Below, one piece after another: positions 40,943 to 49,096 of a stretch of 64,000 nt of DNA. The stretch is from an uncultured Bacteroidaceae bacterium. GTDB lineage: Bacteria > Bacteroidota > Bacteroidia > Bacteroidales > SM23-62. The stretch's first letter is position 1. Each line of letters opens with the position of its first letter. The stretch lies in NCBI GenBank assembly GCA_963777115.1, contig CAVZPP010000003.1, forward strand, positions 774,250 to 838,249, given 5' to 3'. The translations under genes and the position numbers were made by a program. A model generated the notes under the pieces. The model saw only the letters and a list, made by a program, of their open reading frames with translations. It made no database searches and was not told the DNA's origin.

Positions 40943-41839
40943 ATGAACAAAAACGGATTGAGAGTTGTATTATCTCTGTGCAGCATTGTATTTATTCTAG
41001 CAGGATGCAAGTCTGAGACAAAGACAGATTCAACTGGGAAAGATCCTGTTGACCTGGCTGAATTCAAAGAAACCAGCATTGCCGAGTCCAGGTCCATTTC
41101 CTATGAAATGACCCTGCCTGTTAAGATGGCCGGACTGTTTGACCATGTGGGTGCTGATTTTTTCCCGGAATTTCTGAACCCGGCTGATCAGTTTGGCAAA
41201 TACAACAAGTCCGTTAAGATTGCATTAAACCTTGGTGTTTTCGGGGTTGATCTCAGTTATGTAAAAATGTTCAGCCAGCACCAACGATCCGTAGCATATT
41301 TGAACGCAATCCATCGACTGGCAGGGGACATGGGAATCCCCAGGGAAATTTATGGGGATGTTCTTGAAAACATGGAGTTTTTTGTGACCAACAAAGACAG
41401 CCTTTCCATGGTGGCAATGGACCTGTATCAGACTACTGATGAATATTTAAGAAAGGATGGACAGGAGGGAGCTGCTTCACTTGTTGCCATGGGTGGATGG
41501 ATTGAGTCCATGTATATAGCCACCCGGATATGGGAAATGGATCGTGGTAACCTGGCATTACAGGACAAAATTGCCGAGCAGAAGTATTCCCTTAACAGCC
41601 TGATTGCACTCATGAATAATTATCACGCCGATCTTGATTTGGCCGAATATTTACTTATGCTGAAAAACCTGAGAAGAACCTATGATAAATTCCAGTTGTA
41701 CTATAAGCAAGGAGATGTTCAGGTAGACACCAGCAGCAAAACCATTTCAGCCGGCGGTTACTACATTAATATTACTCCTGATCAGATGGAAGAGATCTCG
41801 GATAAGATTGAAAACCTGAGAACACTCATCATTCATTAA
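40943..41839 (+). CDS. lipoprotein, unknown function
   Basis: The signal peptide with lipobox (FILAGC) is clear. The rest is helical with no recognised family. Confidence 0.6.
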   Translation: MNKNGLRVVLSLCSIVFILAGCKSETKTDSTGKDPVDLAEFKETSIAESRSISYEMTLPVKMAGLFDHVGADFFPEFLNPADQFGKYNKSVKIALNLGVFGVDLSYVKMFSQHQRSVAYLNAIHRLAGDMGIPREIYGDVLENMEFFVTNKDSLSMVAMDLYQTTDEYLRKDGQEGAASLVAMGGWIESMYIATRIWEMDRGNLALQDKIAEQKYSLNSLIALMNNYHADLDLAEYLLMLKNLRRTYDKFQLYYKQGDVQVDTSSKTISAGGYYINITPDQMEEISDKIENLRTLIIH

Positions 41840-43322
41840 AAGTCAACTTAAAATAATTGTAAGATTTCATTCGTAAAAGGGGAATGATCATCTCATTATT
41901 CAGCATGTCATAGTTCTGACGGGGCAGAGGAGTCTTCATTCTTTTTTTTGTCTTCCGGTAAACAATGCTGCCTGTCATCTCTCCCATGGGACCGAGCCCA
42001 ACAACTCTTAGTATGGCCTTGTCATTGGGATGAAATGGTTTCAGGCGGTCTTCAGGAGATATAAATTCATTTTTGTAACTATCGTTGAATATCATGTAAA
42101 TTCTGTCGGTATACCAGGGGGCATGAACGCTGTACGAGGAATGATTGAAATGGGATGAGGGCTCAATGTTCTGTCGTTTTGGGATTACCCGGACCCAGTT
42201 AAGTCTACCGCCCACACTAAAATTTGCTGCAATGATATTCTGATAAGTATCATAATTCTGGTCAAATTGATTTTCCGCCAGCATGATGAAGTCTCCATTA
42301 TTTCTTCGAATCAATTGCCGTATTCTGAAATCAAATAACTCCTTAGGTTCTTTTTTGGGATCCTTGGCAAGGGCTTCGGTTAGAAACCAGGGTTCAAATT
42401 CATACATTCTCTGGTTTTGAAATACCCCCAATTTATTATCCAGCTCAAAGTAAAAAATACCGTCAACCATGCTACGAAAGTGAGTCGGTGAGTAAAAACC
42501 CACACAAACAAGCCGATGATTAATGTCGGGCTCGATCTGAACTCCACGAATATATAGTTCTGGTAGTTCCAGGGAGTAGGTGTTAACGTATTTCCCGTTT
42601 TCGGTGACAGCCACCATATGATAGCGGTTTTTAGTGTCATCCCAGATACTTCTTAAATTCTGGTCATCGAGCAGACTTATAAAATACACATCACCATCGT
42701 CACTGACTTTAATAATGGACTGCCTGGGCGGTCGACCGGGATAGATGATTCTTTGCTCTGCTTCCCACTCAAGTGTTAAACCCTCCCCGAACAGTAAAAA
42801 ATGCACATCCTGAATATTTTTACTCAGTACGTCAAGCCTACTGAAAACCAATAGCTTATTTTCCTTTCTCGACAATTTCAGTCCAAAATCTGATCCCCAT
42901 CCGGCCAGATTTGGCACATTCATCAGGAGGCGGTCGTCATTGTTCTGGAGTAGGGTTTTCTTATCTATGGTTTCTACGAAAAGCAGCATACGTTTCATCC
43001 TTTCCTCTGTAGAAAACATGTAGATCGAATCATGAAAATGATACAATCCAATAAGTTTCCTTCCCCTTAATCCCATCTGCAGGTCAAGATGCTTCCGGCG
43101 AACAGTTCTGAATTTGGTGTCAAGGAATTCAACAGCAGGCCTGTAGTCATAAGAATATACATAATAGCCGGTTTCGTCATGTCCGAAAATCTCAGGTACC
43201 TGGATATTGTTAGCCATATTCAGCTCCGGACCAGAATAGACTTCGATTGGGCTTTTGGCTGGCTGAGAGTAAGTTGAGAGAGAAATAAGCAACAACAATA
43301 CAGGTAGTGAAAAGATTTTCAT
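41829..43322 (-). CDS. secreted protein, unknown function
   Basis: 497 aa with a signal peptide (MKIFSLPVLLLLISLSTYSQ) and beta-rich composition. Convergent 11-nt overlap with the preceding gene. Confidence 0.6.
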   Translation of the reverse strand: MKIFSLPVLLLLISLSTYSQPAKSPIEVYSGPELNMANNIQVPEIFGHDETGYYVYSYDYRPAVEFLDTKFRTVRRKHLDLQMGLRGRKLIGLYHFHDSIYMFSTEERMKRMLLFVETIDKKTLLQNNDDRLLMNVPNLAGWGSDFGLKLSRKENKLLVFSRLDVLSKNIQDVHFLLFGEGLTLEWEAEQRIIYPGRPPRQSIIKVSDDGDVYFISLLDDQNLRSIWDDTKNRYHMVAVTENGKYVNTYSLELPELYIRGVQIEPDINHRLVCVGFYSPTHFRSMVDGIFYFELDNKLGVFQNQRMYEFEPWFLTEALAKDPKKEPKELFDFRIRQLIRRNNGDFIMLAENQFDQNYDTYQNIIAANFSVGGRLNWVRVIPKRQNIEPSSHFNHSSYSVHAPWYTDRIYMIFNDSYKNEFISPEDRLKPFHPNDKAILRVVGLGPMGEMTGSIVYRKTKKRMKTPLPRQNYDMLNNEMIIPLLRMKSYNYFKLTFNE

Positions 43323-43430
43323 ATCCAGATGTATTTATTTTGACCCATCCTTTGTGTCTCAAAAATAATGCCCTAAATCCTTATCAACAAAGAAAATCAC
43401 GAAACCCTTGAAAATTAACACCCAAATAGC

Positions 43431-43438
43431 TATTTTTG
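43431..43438 (+). promoter_or_regulatory. candidate promoter for the tRNA gene (-7 TAnnTTTG with -33 TTG)
   Basis: TATTTTTG at 43431-43438, with TTG at 43408-43410 (20-nt spacer). It lies about 80 nt upstream of tRNA position 1. Confidence 0.4.
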
Positions 43439-43517
43439 CGCCCACGTCCAAAATCATTCCGGGCACACACACACTCCCTTTACCCCATAATGGTGAAACC
43501 TACACACATGCATTCTC

Positions 43518-43591
43518 GGGCCCATAGCTCAGTTGGTTAGAGCATCTGACTCATAATCAGGGGGTCGCTGGTTCGAGCCCAGCTGGGCCCA
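43518..43591 (+). tRNA. tRNA with CAU anticodon (elongator Met or lysidine-type Ile2; acceptor stem favours Ile2)
   Basis: Manual cloverleaf fold gives acceptor GGGCCCA/TGGGCCC, D arm GCTC-AGTTGGTTA-GAGC, anticodon arm TCTGA-CTCATAA-TCAGG, and T arm GCTGG-TTCGAGC-CCAGC. G1:C72 rules out an initiator. C4:G69 and C5:G68 match the known TilS determinants of E. coli tRNA-Ile2. Confidence 0.9.
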
Positions 43592-43603
43592 CTTAATAAT
43601 CAA

Positions 43604-43636
43604 CCACTTACAATTCATTTTGTAGGTGGTTTTTTC
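43604..43636 (+). terminator. rho-independent terminator after the tRNA
   Basis: 9-bp stem CCACTTACA / TGTAGGTGG with one G-U pair, a 8-nt loop, then a T6 run. Confidence 0.7.
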
Positions 43637-43674
43637 TTTGGCGCCAGTTTCTTGCCAGGATTTGGGTGATGAGG

Positions 43675-44157
43675 TTAGTGTTGTGGACCTAATAACTTAG
43701 AACACGCAGAAGATAACTCATTAAGATTTTTTTTCATCCCTTCGTGAAGGTTAGTAGAAAACTTCTTCTTCAATAACCTAGGAAACAAGCCCTGCAACGA
43801 TTCCTCCACATATACCATTGTTCCTCCGTCTTTTCCTTCAAACTGCCAGTTATGTATGGCTTTGGCTCCAAATGTTTTTCCAGTCCACCCTATGGCTTGA
43901 TGCTCATTAACTGTATGAAGCTCTGAGATAAATCCTATACCTCCCGCTTTCCATTTAAATGTTGTTCCTTCTTCCAATTCACCCAGTAATTCTGCTTGAG
44001 AAACATCTAATTGCCATTCTGGCCATTGGTTAATATTGCTGATAATTTGCCATACTATTTCTGGTCTGGCAGGGATAAAAACTTGTTGCTTCTCAACAAC
44101 AGGCGAATTTTCATTTATTGACTTTTTCATCTTTGTTGGAATTAAATTCATTATCAA
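43675..44157 (-). CDS. SRPBCC (polyketide cyclase/START-like) family protein
   Basis: 160 aa. IPARPEIVWQIISNINQWPEW is a typical SRPBCC N-terminal strand-helix. Size and pattern fit. Confidence 0.7.
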   Translation of the reverse strand: MIMNLIPTKMKKSINENSPVVEKQQVFIPARPEIVWQIISNINQWPEWQLDVSQAELLGELEEGTTFKWKAGGIGFISELHTVNEHQAIGWTGKTFGAKAIHNWQFEGKDGGTMVYVEESLQGLFPRLLKKKFSTNLHEGMKKNLNELSSACSKLLGPQH

Positions 44158-44256
44158 TATCGAAAGTACAGTATATAACTTTGATTATGCACAGTCTGGA
44201 ATTGCACCAATGGAGCAGGAACGATTCAATAATAAAACCGTAATGAACTGCATAAT

Positions 44257-45110
44257 TTAGACAGATTCATATTCCTTTTCATAAAGAGGTACAATAATTT
44301 GATTATCCATCCTATTAGCCGATTCAGGATCATGAGATGGAAGGTAGACAGTAGGGAATTTCTTGGTGAATTCCTGGATCTTTACAAGTGTATCCTCAGA
44401 ATCATCGGTACCCACTCCATCTGGTATCCCATTTATCATATTGTCTCTCTGAATAGGAGGCGTCCCCGGCCAGGAAATAATAAATACCGTCCATTTTCAC
44501 GATCACTGACATATGTGTAGCTACATGACCTGGGGTAGCCACTATCATAATCGAACCATCATTTGTTAACGATAGCGACTTTTCAAATGGGCCAAATGGT
44601 TGGTTTTTTAAACTTATCAATGTTGGTTTTAGCCATTTTGGCCATCTATGAGGTAGGTAACCACCCATGATACCTGTTAAACCGCTGGCTGAATTAAACT
44701 CATCTTTCTCAATAAGAAATTCAGAATTTGGAAAGTGATGCATTCCGCCCGCATGATCTGTATGTAAATGGGTCATTATTACTTTTCCTACATCTTTCTC
44801 AGGATCAATCCCCATCTTTGAAAGTTGTGGGCCAATTTCCTCTTCGGGTTTTACATCGAATTGTACGGCCATGGAATAATATGGGTGCCATTTGGGCAGA
44901 TAGCCTTTAGTGCCTGTTTTATGCGTTTCTCCGGTATCCACTACAAATATAGCCTTCATCGTGTTCAATTAACCAGGCATAGATTGGCAACCAATCTGAC
45001 CATTGTTTATCAAAAAAGACTTTGGTTAGTTTTGGGGCCATTCCATTCGCCTTGCTAATTTGATTCAGTTTTACTTTGACTCTTCCTGTTTTTATTCTAT
45101 GAATTTTCAT
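44257..45110 (-). pseudogene. MBL-fold N-acyl-homoserine-lactonase-like hydrolase, two frameshifts
   Basis: Three consecutive ORF pieces in different frames reconstitute one protein: ...LPIYAWLIEHDEGYI / FVVDTGE...MTHLHTDHAGG...FLAGDASYSERQ / INGIPDGVG...TVYLPSHDPE. The frameshifts lie near 44950-44960 and 44436-44445. Confidence 0.8.
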
Positions 45111-45131
45111 ATCACTTTAATTTATTGATGA

Positions 45132-45725
45132 TTAATTCTTCTTATTTCTAACTAAGGCTCCTTCAAGAAAGATCTTTGATATTTCTGCATACAGATCTTG
45201 ATTTGTATAATTGACCTTGTTAAACTGATCCGCATCGACAGTCATTTCCGTAAGGTTGAAATACACTTTCATTAAGATTTCAAGATCAATGTCTTTTCTT
45301 ACTGCTCCTTCAATCACGCCATCATTGAATAGTTTTCTGTAGTAGGTATCAATACGATATTCTCTTCCTTTTTCATAATATTCCCAGATTTCCGGAGTGT
45401 AGAGTTTTAAATCTTGAAGAAACTCCTCATTGATCTCAGTCAGGGTGTTTTTGGTAAATTCAACTACAGAATTCAATTTTCCACAAAAGGATAAATCATT
45501 ATCATTGATAATATCTTCAAGACGGTTATTAATTTCATTGTTAAGTTGATCGATGACAGCTTTAATAAGATCTTCCTTGGTTTGATAATACTTGTAAATT
45601 GTGCTCTTGCTGGTTCGCAAATCCTTGACGATACTATCAATGGACATCCGATTAAATCCATACCTGAGAAATTTGCTTCTAGCTACAGCCAGTATCCTTT
45701 GGTTTTGGTCTTCACTCTTTTTCAT
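45132..45725 (-). CDS. TetR/AcrR family transcriptional regulator
   Basis: 197 aa with the N-terminal HTH RILAVARSKFLRYGFNRMSIDSIVKDLRTSKSTIYKYY. Confidence 0.9.
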   Translation of the reverse strand: MKKSEDQNQRILAVARSKFLRYGFNRMSIDSIVKDLRTSKSTIYKYYQTKEDLIKAVIDQLNNEINNRLEDIINDNDLSFCGKLNSVVEFTKNTLTEINEEFLQDLKLYTPEIWEYYEKGREYRIDTYYRKLFNDGVIEGAVRKDIDLEILMKVYFNLTEMTVDADQFNKVNYTNQDLYAEISKIFLEGALVRNKKN

Positions 45726-45739
45726 GTTGAATAGCGCTA

Positions 45740-46198
45740 TTAAATATGAACAGACCTTCCATCTGGCAGAATCGTCTTCCCGTTTTCTAATAAATCCTTT
45801 AGATTATGCAGGTTATTGGATACCGCTGTTTTCATCTTGTTTTTAAGCAATCTTTCAAGTATTACAGGTGAACCTGTATCAACTTCAAATGTGTCATCAA
45901 GATGTGTCTGATCGTTTACCTGATTCAATTTGAATGTCCTCCTAAATTTAGGACTTGAATTATCTATGGTTTCAATAGCAATAAGACCCGGAGGATTATA
46001 TTCAATAACTTTAAACTTCTGCTGATCATTTTTTCGAATTTGATGGTAGATTGTTCCTGGTCCATCAATATTTGCAGAGACCTTCTTTACACTCTTCACA
46101 TAATAATTCCACAAGGGTACGTTTTCAAATTGCTCGATAAACTTGAATGTATCTTCAATTGATTTATTAATCTTTAGCTCGTTCTTAATCTGTATCAT
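45740..46198 (-). CDS. SRPBCC family protein
   Basis: 152 aa with a START/SRPBCC-like pattern (INKSIEDTFKFIEQFENVPLWNYY). First gene of the minus-strand operon. Confidence 0.65.
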   Translation of the reverse strand: MIQIKNELKINKSIEDTFKFIEQFENVPLWNYYVKSVKKVSANIDGPGTIYHQIRKNDQQKFKVIEYNPPGLIAIETIDNSSPKFRRTFKLNQVNDQTHLDDTFEVDTGSPVILERLLKNKMKTAVSNNLHNLKDLLENGKTILPDGRSVHI

Positions 46199-46216
46199 GA
46201 GTCATATTTTTAATAT

Positions 46217-46249
46217 GTACTAATAGTACTAAATACGTATTAACAGTAC
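46217..46249. promoter_or_regulatory. palindromic operator-like sites upstream of the SRPBCC-TetR operon
   Basis: GTACTA-A-TAGTAC (46217-46229) is a perfect 6+1+6 palindrome. AATACGTATT (46232-46241) is a perfect 10-bp palindrome, and a third GTAC lies at 46246-46249. All are 19-51 nt upstream of the operon start codon. Confidence 0.5.
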
Positions 46250-46518
46250 AAATATAATAAACAATATATTATAAATCAATTGATTATCACTATTTTACAC
46301 GGCCTTATTTAAAAACAATTTGTTTAACTTATAGTATAACAAGCGAATACAGAAATCACTATTTATATAAAAGATCTCTGGTTACATACTATGGGGTGAT
46401 TACCCTCAGCATTTTGCAAGGGTTAATCGATACAAGACAGGATAGAGTCCCAGTGAATACAGATAATCGGATTAATTGCGCAAATGGCTAAAAAACAGGC
46501 ATTTAGGAATTATTGCTA

Positions 46519-46573
46519 ACTCATAATCAGGGGGTCGCTGGTTCGAGCCCAGCTGGGCCCACTTAATAATCAA
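46519..46573 (+). repeat. direct repeat: 3' 43 nt of the tRNA(CAU) plus 12 nt of downstream sequence (att-like)
   Basis: Identical to 43549-43603 (ACTCATAATCAGGGGGTCGCTGGTTCGAGCCCAGCTGGGCCCA+CTTAATAATCAA). No tRNA 5' half lies upstream. Confidence 0.9.
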
Positions 46574-46609
46574 GGAGTTACAACGTAAAAATTGTGACTC
46601 CTTTTTTTT
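46574..46609 (+). terminator. rho-independent terminator-like hairpin after tRNA fragment 2
   Basis: 10-bp stem GGAGTTACAA / TTGTGACTCC with one G-U pair, an 8-nt loop, then T8. Confidence 0.6.
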
Positions 46610-46688
46610 CGCCAGTTTGGTGCCAGGATTTAAGTATGAGATAGGTGGGAATTGACACCATTTATCATGTCATAGGCCCAGAAGAGGA

Positions 46689-46850
46689 TTACAGTTGCGT
46701 TACATCATCATTATCATCAAATGGTGCATCATAATGTACATCGCAGCCATTAGGACATCTCCAGACAATTTGAGTTTTTTTTGAGTCAGGTACTTTTTCC
46801 TGATGTTGAATCATAGTCGTACCACATACATTGCAAGATCTTTTTTTCAT
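46689..46850 (-). CDS. 53-aa zinc-ribbon protein (below ORF-track size cutoff)
   Basis: Manual translation gives MKKRSCNVCGTTMIQHQEKVPDSKKTQIVWRCPNGCDVHYDAPFDDNDDVTQL. It has CxxC...CxxxC spacing and an acidic tail. It is the only ORF in a 490-bp gap. Confidence 0.45.
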   Translation of the reverse strand: MKKRSCNVCGTTMIQHQEKVPDSKKTQIVWRCPNGCDVHYDAPFDDNDDVTQL

Positions 46851-47095
46851 TCTGTTATACTTGTTAATTCAATACAAGAAACATCATCAGACTGGTTTTT
46901 AACACTATAAAGCTAGGATGTTTTAGAATAATGTCAAATTCTGATACTGAATCCTTCCAATGAATTCCTTACTCAATCGGAGAGTTTGGTGGTAGAAAAG
47001 ACCATTCTACAAGTCATGATCTTCCCGATAATCCGTATTTTTATGGACCCCACTTGCGGGAGAATAACAGTGAATCATCGGGAAACTTACCGGAA

Positions 47096-47608
47096 ATGAA
47101 ATACGCACTTGTATGTGGTAAAAAAACAGAGGCCTCAAAAGGAGCCAAAGGTGTTTGTCCTAGTTGTGGATCTGAATTAATTGCCAAATGTGGTCAAGTA
47201 AAGGTGAATCATTGGGCACATAAGGGAACTCGGAATTGTGATCCTTGGTGGGAAAATGAAACGGAATGGCATCGAGAGTGGAAAGGACATTTCCCCACTG
47301 ATTGGCAAGAAGTGGTTCATAAATCAGATACAGGCGAAAAACATATCGCCGATGTAAAAACTGAACAGGGTTGGGTCCTGGAATTTCAACACTCATTTCT
47401 AAACCCGGAAGAACGCCTTTCGCGGAATACATTTTACCCCAAATTAGTATGGGTCGTCGATGGTCTTAGAAGACAGAGGGATCAGCAGCAGTTTCAAAAG
47501 ATATTGGAGGAAAGTGCAGTCATAAACCAAAAACCTCTTATCCGAAAAGTCAACTTTCCGGATGAATGTAGTGTAAATCTTCAGCCTAATCTGGACAGAT
47601 TGGTTTAA
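47096..47608 (+). pseudogene. CoiA-like competence-family nuclease, 3'-truncated by IS insertion
   Basis: MKYALVCGKKTEASKGAKGVCPSCGSELIAKCGQVKVNHWAHK has the CoiA N-terminal zinc-ribbon/H-x-A-H pattern. WH.EWK and HIADV...VLEFQHS form the nuclease core. The native sequence stops at ...KVNFPDE, and the last 13 codons read into the IS left end. Confidence 0.7.
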
Positions 47609-47657
47609 AAATTAAGAGATAGAATTCTTAAATTTCTAACCATTAAAAGTACAGAAA

Positions 47658-48009
47658 ATGAATCAAAAGAAACAGACCGCAGAATCCAAGGTCAAAGAGA
47701 TCCGCAGACACACCAGGAAAAAGTACTCAGCAGAAGAGAAAATCAGAATCGTTATTGAAGGACTTAGAGGTGAAGTCAGTATTGCAGAGTTATGTCGCAG
47801 GGAGGGAATCAATGCCAACTTGTATTACAACTGGAGCAAGGACTTTCTGGAAGCTGGCAAGAAGACGATTAGCTGGTGATATCAAACGGGAAGCCACCAC
47901 ATCGGAGGTACATTACCTGAAAAACGAGAACAATGAACTCAAGCAGCTTGTTGCAGAATTAAGTCTTGAGCTGCGCAAGAATAAAAAAAACACCACTGGT
48001 TCCGAGTAA
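47658..48009 (+). pseudogene. IS3-family transposase OrfA (HTH_Tnp_1 type), one frameshift
   Basis: ...INANLYYNWSKDFLEAGKK|RLAGDIKREATTSEVHYLKNENNELKQLVAELSLE is continuous only if one A is removed near 47861-47866 (GGCAAGAAGACGATTAGCTGGTGAT). Confidence 0.8.
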
Positions 48010-48020
48010 ACTACAGGTAT

Positions 48021-48993
48021 ATGAGACGCAGTGCAAGTGAGAAACTTGAGATCATACGGATCGTTGAAGGCTCAGAACTGGGAGTCAAACGTACCCTGGA
48101 AGAACTGGGCATCAATCGAAGTACATTCTACGAGTGGTATCGTAATTACCTTGAATCATGGTTTAGAAGGCTTAAAACCAAAGGTTCCTGTCAGGAAGAC
48201 TTTTTGGAACAAGATCCCTGAGAAAGAGCGCAACAAGGTTGTTGAATTTGCTCTTGAGAGGCCTGAATTATCACCCAGGGAACTGGCCTGTCATATTACC
48301 GATAATAAGGGCTGGTTCATTAGTGAATCCAGTGTATATCGGATACTGAAACAGCGAGGACTGATTACAAGTCCTGCCTGGATCGTCATGGCAGCGGCTG
48401 ATGAGTTTAAAGACAAAACCAGTCATATCCATCAGCAATGGCAGACTGATTTCACCTACTTTAAGATCATTGGCTGGGGATGGTATTATCTGGCTACTAT
48501 CATGGATGATTACTCCCGATATATCATTACCTGGGAGTTGTGCAGTAATATGGAAACCGATGATGCAAAACGTGTTGTTGGAGAAGCTATTCTGGAATCT
48601 GGTATTAACAAGGACCAACGCCCCAGGTTGCTAACTGATAATGGATCTTGTTATATCTCAGGTGAGTTTAAGAAGTTCATTGATGAAGTAGATCTTGGGC
48701 ATGTACAGGGAGCTCCTTATCATCCTCAAACTCAGGGAAAAATTGAGCGCTATCATCGAACAATGAAGAATGTGGTGAAGCTGGAAAATTACTTTTTCCC
48801 TGACCAATTAAGGGCAGCCCTTGAATCTTTTGTTCATTACTACAATAATGAGCGATACCATGAATCTCTTGAAAATATGACTCCTGCTGATGTATACTTT
48901 GGCAGGGCAAAGCAGATTAAATCGTACAGACATCACATCAAAATGAAAACCCTAAAAGAAAGGAGGAAGATCAACAAAAAAATGTTAGCTTGA
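48021..48993 (+). pseudogene. IS3-family transposase OrfB (HTH + DDE rve integrase core), one frameshift
   Basis: MRRSASEKLEIIRIVEGSELGVKRTLEELGINRSTFYEWYRNYLE is in one frame. HGLEGLKPK...WQTDFTYFKIIGWGWYYLATIMDDYSRYI...TDNGSCYIS...ERYHRTMK is in another. The shift lies near 48150-48160. Confidence 0.85.
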
Positions 48994-49096
48994 TACTATT
49001 GAATTATTGAAAACTCTGCTGAGTTTACAACAATCCAACAGTTCATAATCACATCAAAATCAAGTAATTTGAAAAAGTGAAAACTATCTCTTAACT

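Larger units (their letters stand above)
43592..46561. mobile_element. putative integrated island 1 (about 3 kb), bounded by the tRNA 3' end and its first direct repeat; no recombinase gene
   Basis: A 55-nt exact direct repeat links 43549-43603 and 46519-46573. Cargo is an SRPBCC / TetR / broken lactonase / SRPBCC operon. Confidence 0.55.
47567..49032 (+). mobile_element. IS3-family insertion sequence (~1.47 kb), both transposase ORFs frameshifted
   Basis: Two-ORF IS3 layout. The imperfect terminal inverted repeats are TGTAGTGTAAATCTTCAGC (left) and GCTGAGTTTACAACA (right). Ends are approximate (+/-5 nt) and no target-site duplication is recognisable. Confidence 0.8.

Noticed and set aside
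43459-43517. C/A-rich tRNA leader containing a short (CA)n run (GGCACACACACACTCC), considered as a microsatellite or regulatory RNA
   Set aside because: It has only about five repeat units and no evident structure. It is most simply a processed 5' leader.
47755-48221. ORFs 47755-48009 and 48021-48221 considered as independent small genes
   Set aside because: They are frame-shifted continuations or beginnings of IS3 OrfA and OrfB, as shown by the continuity of conserved transposase motifs across the frame changes.
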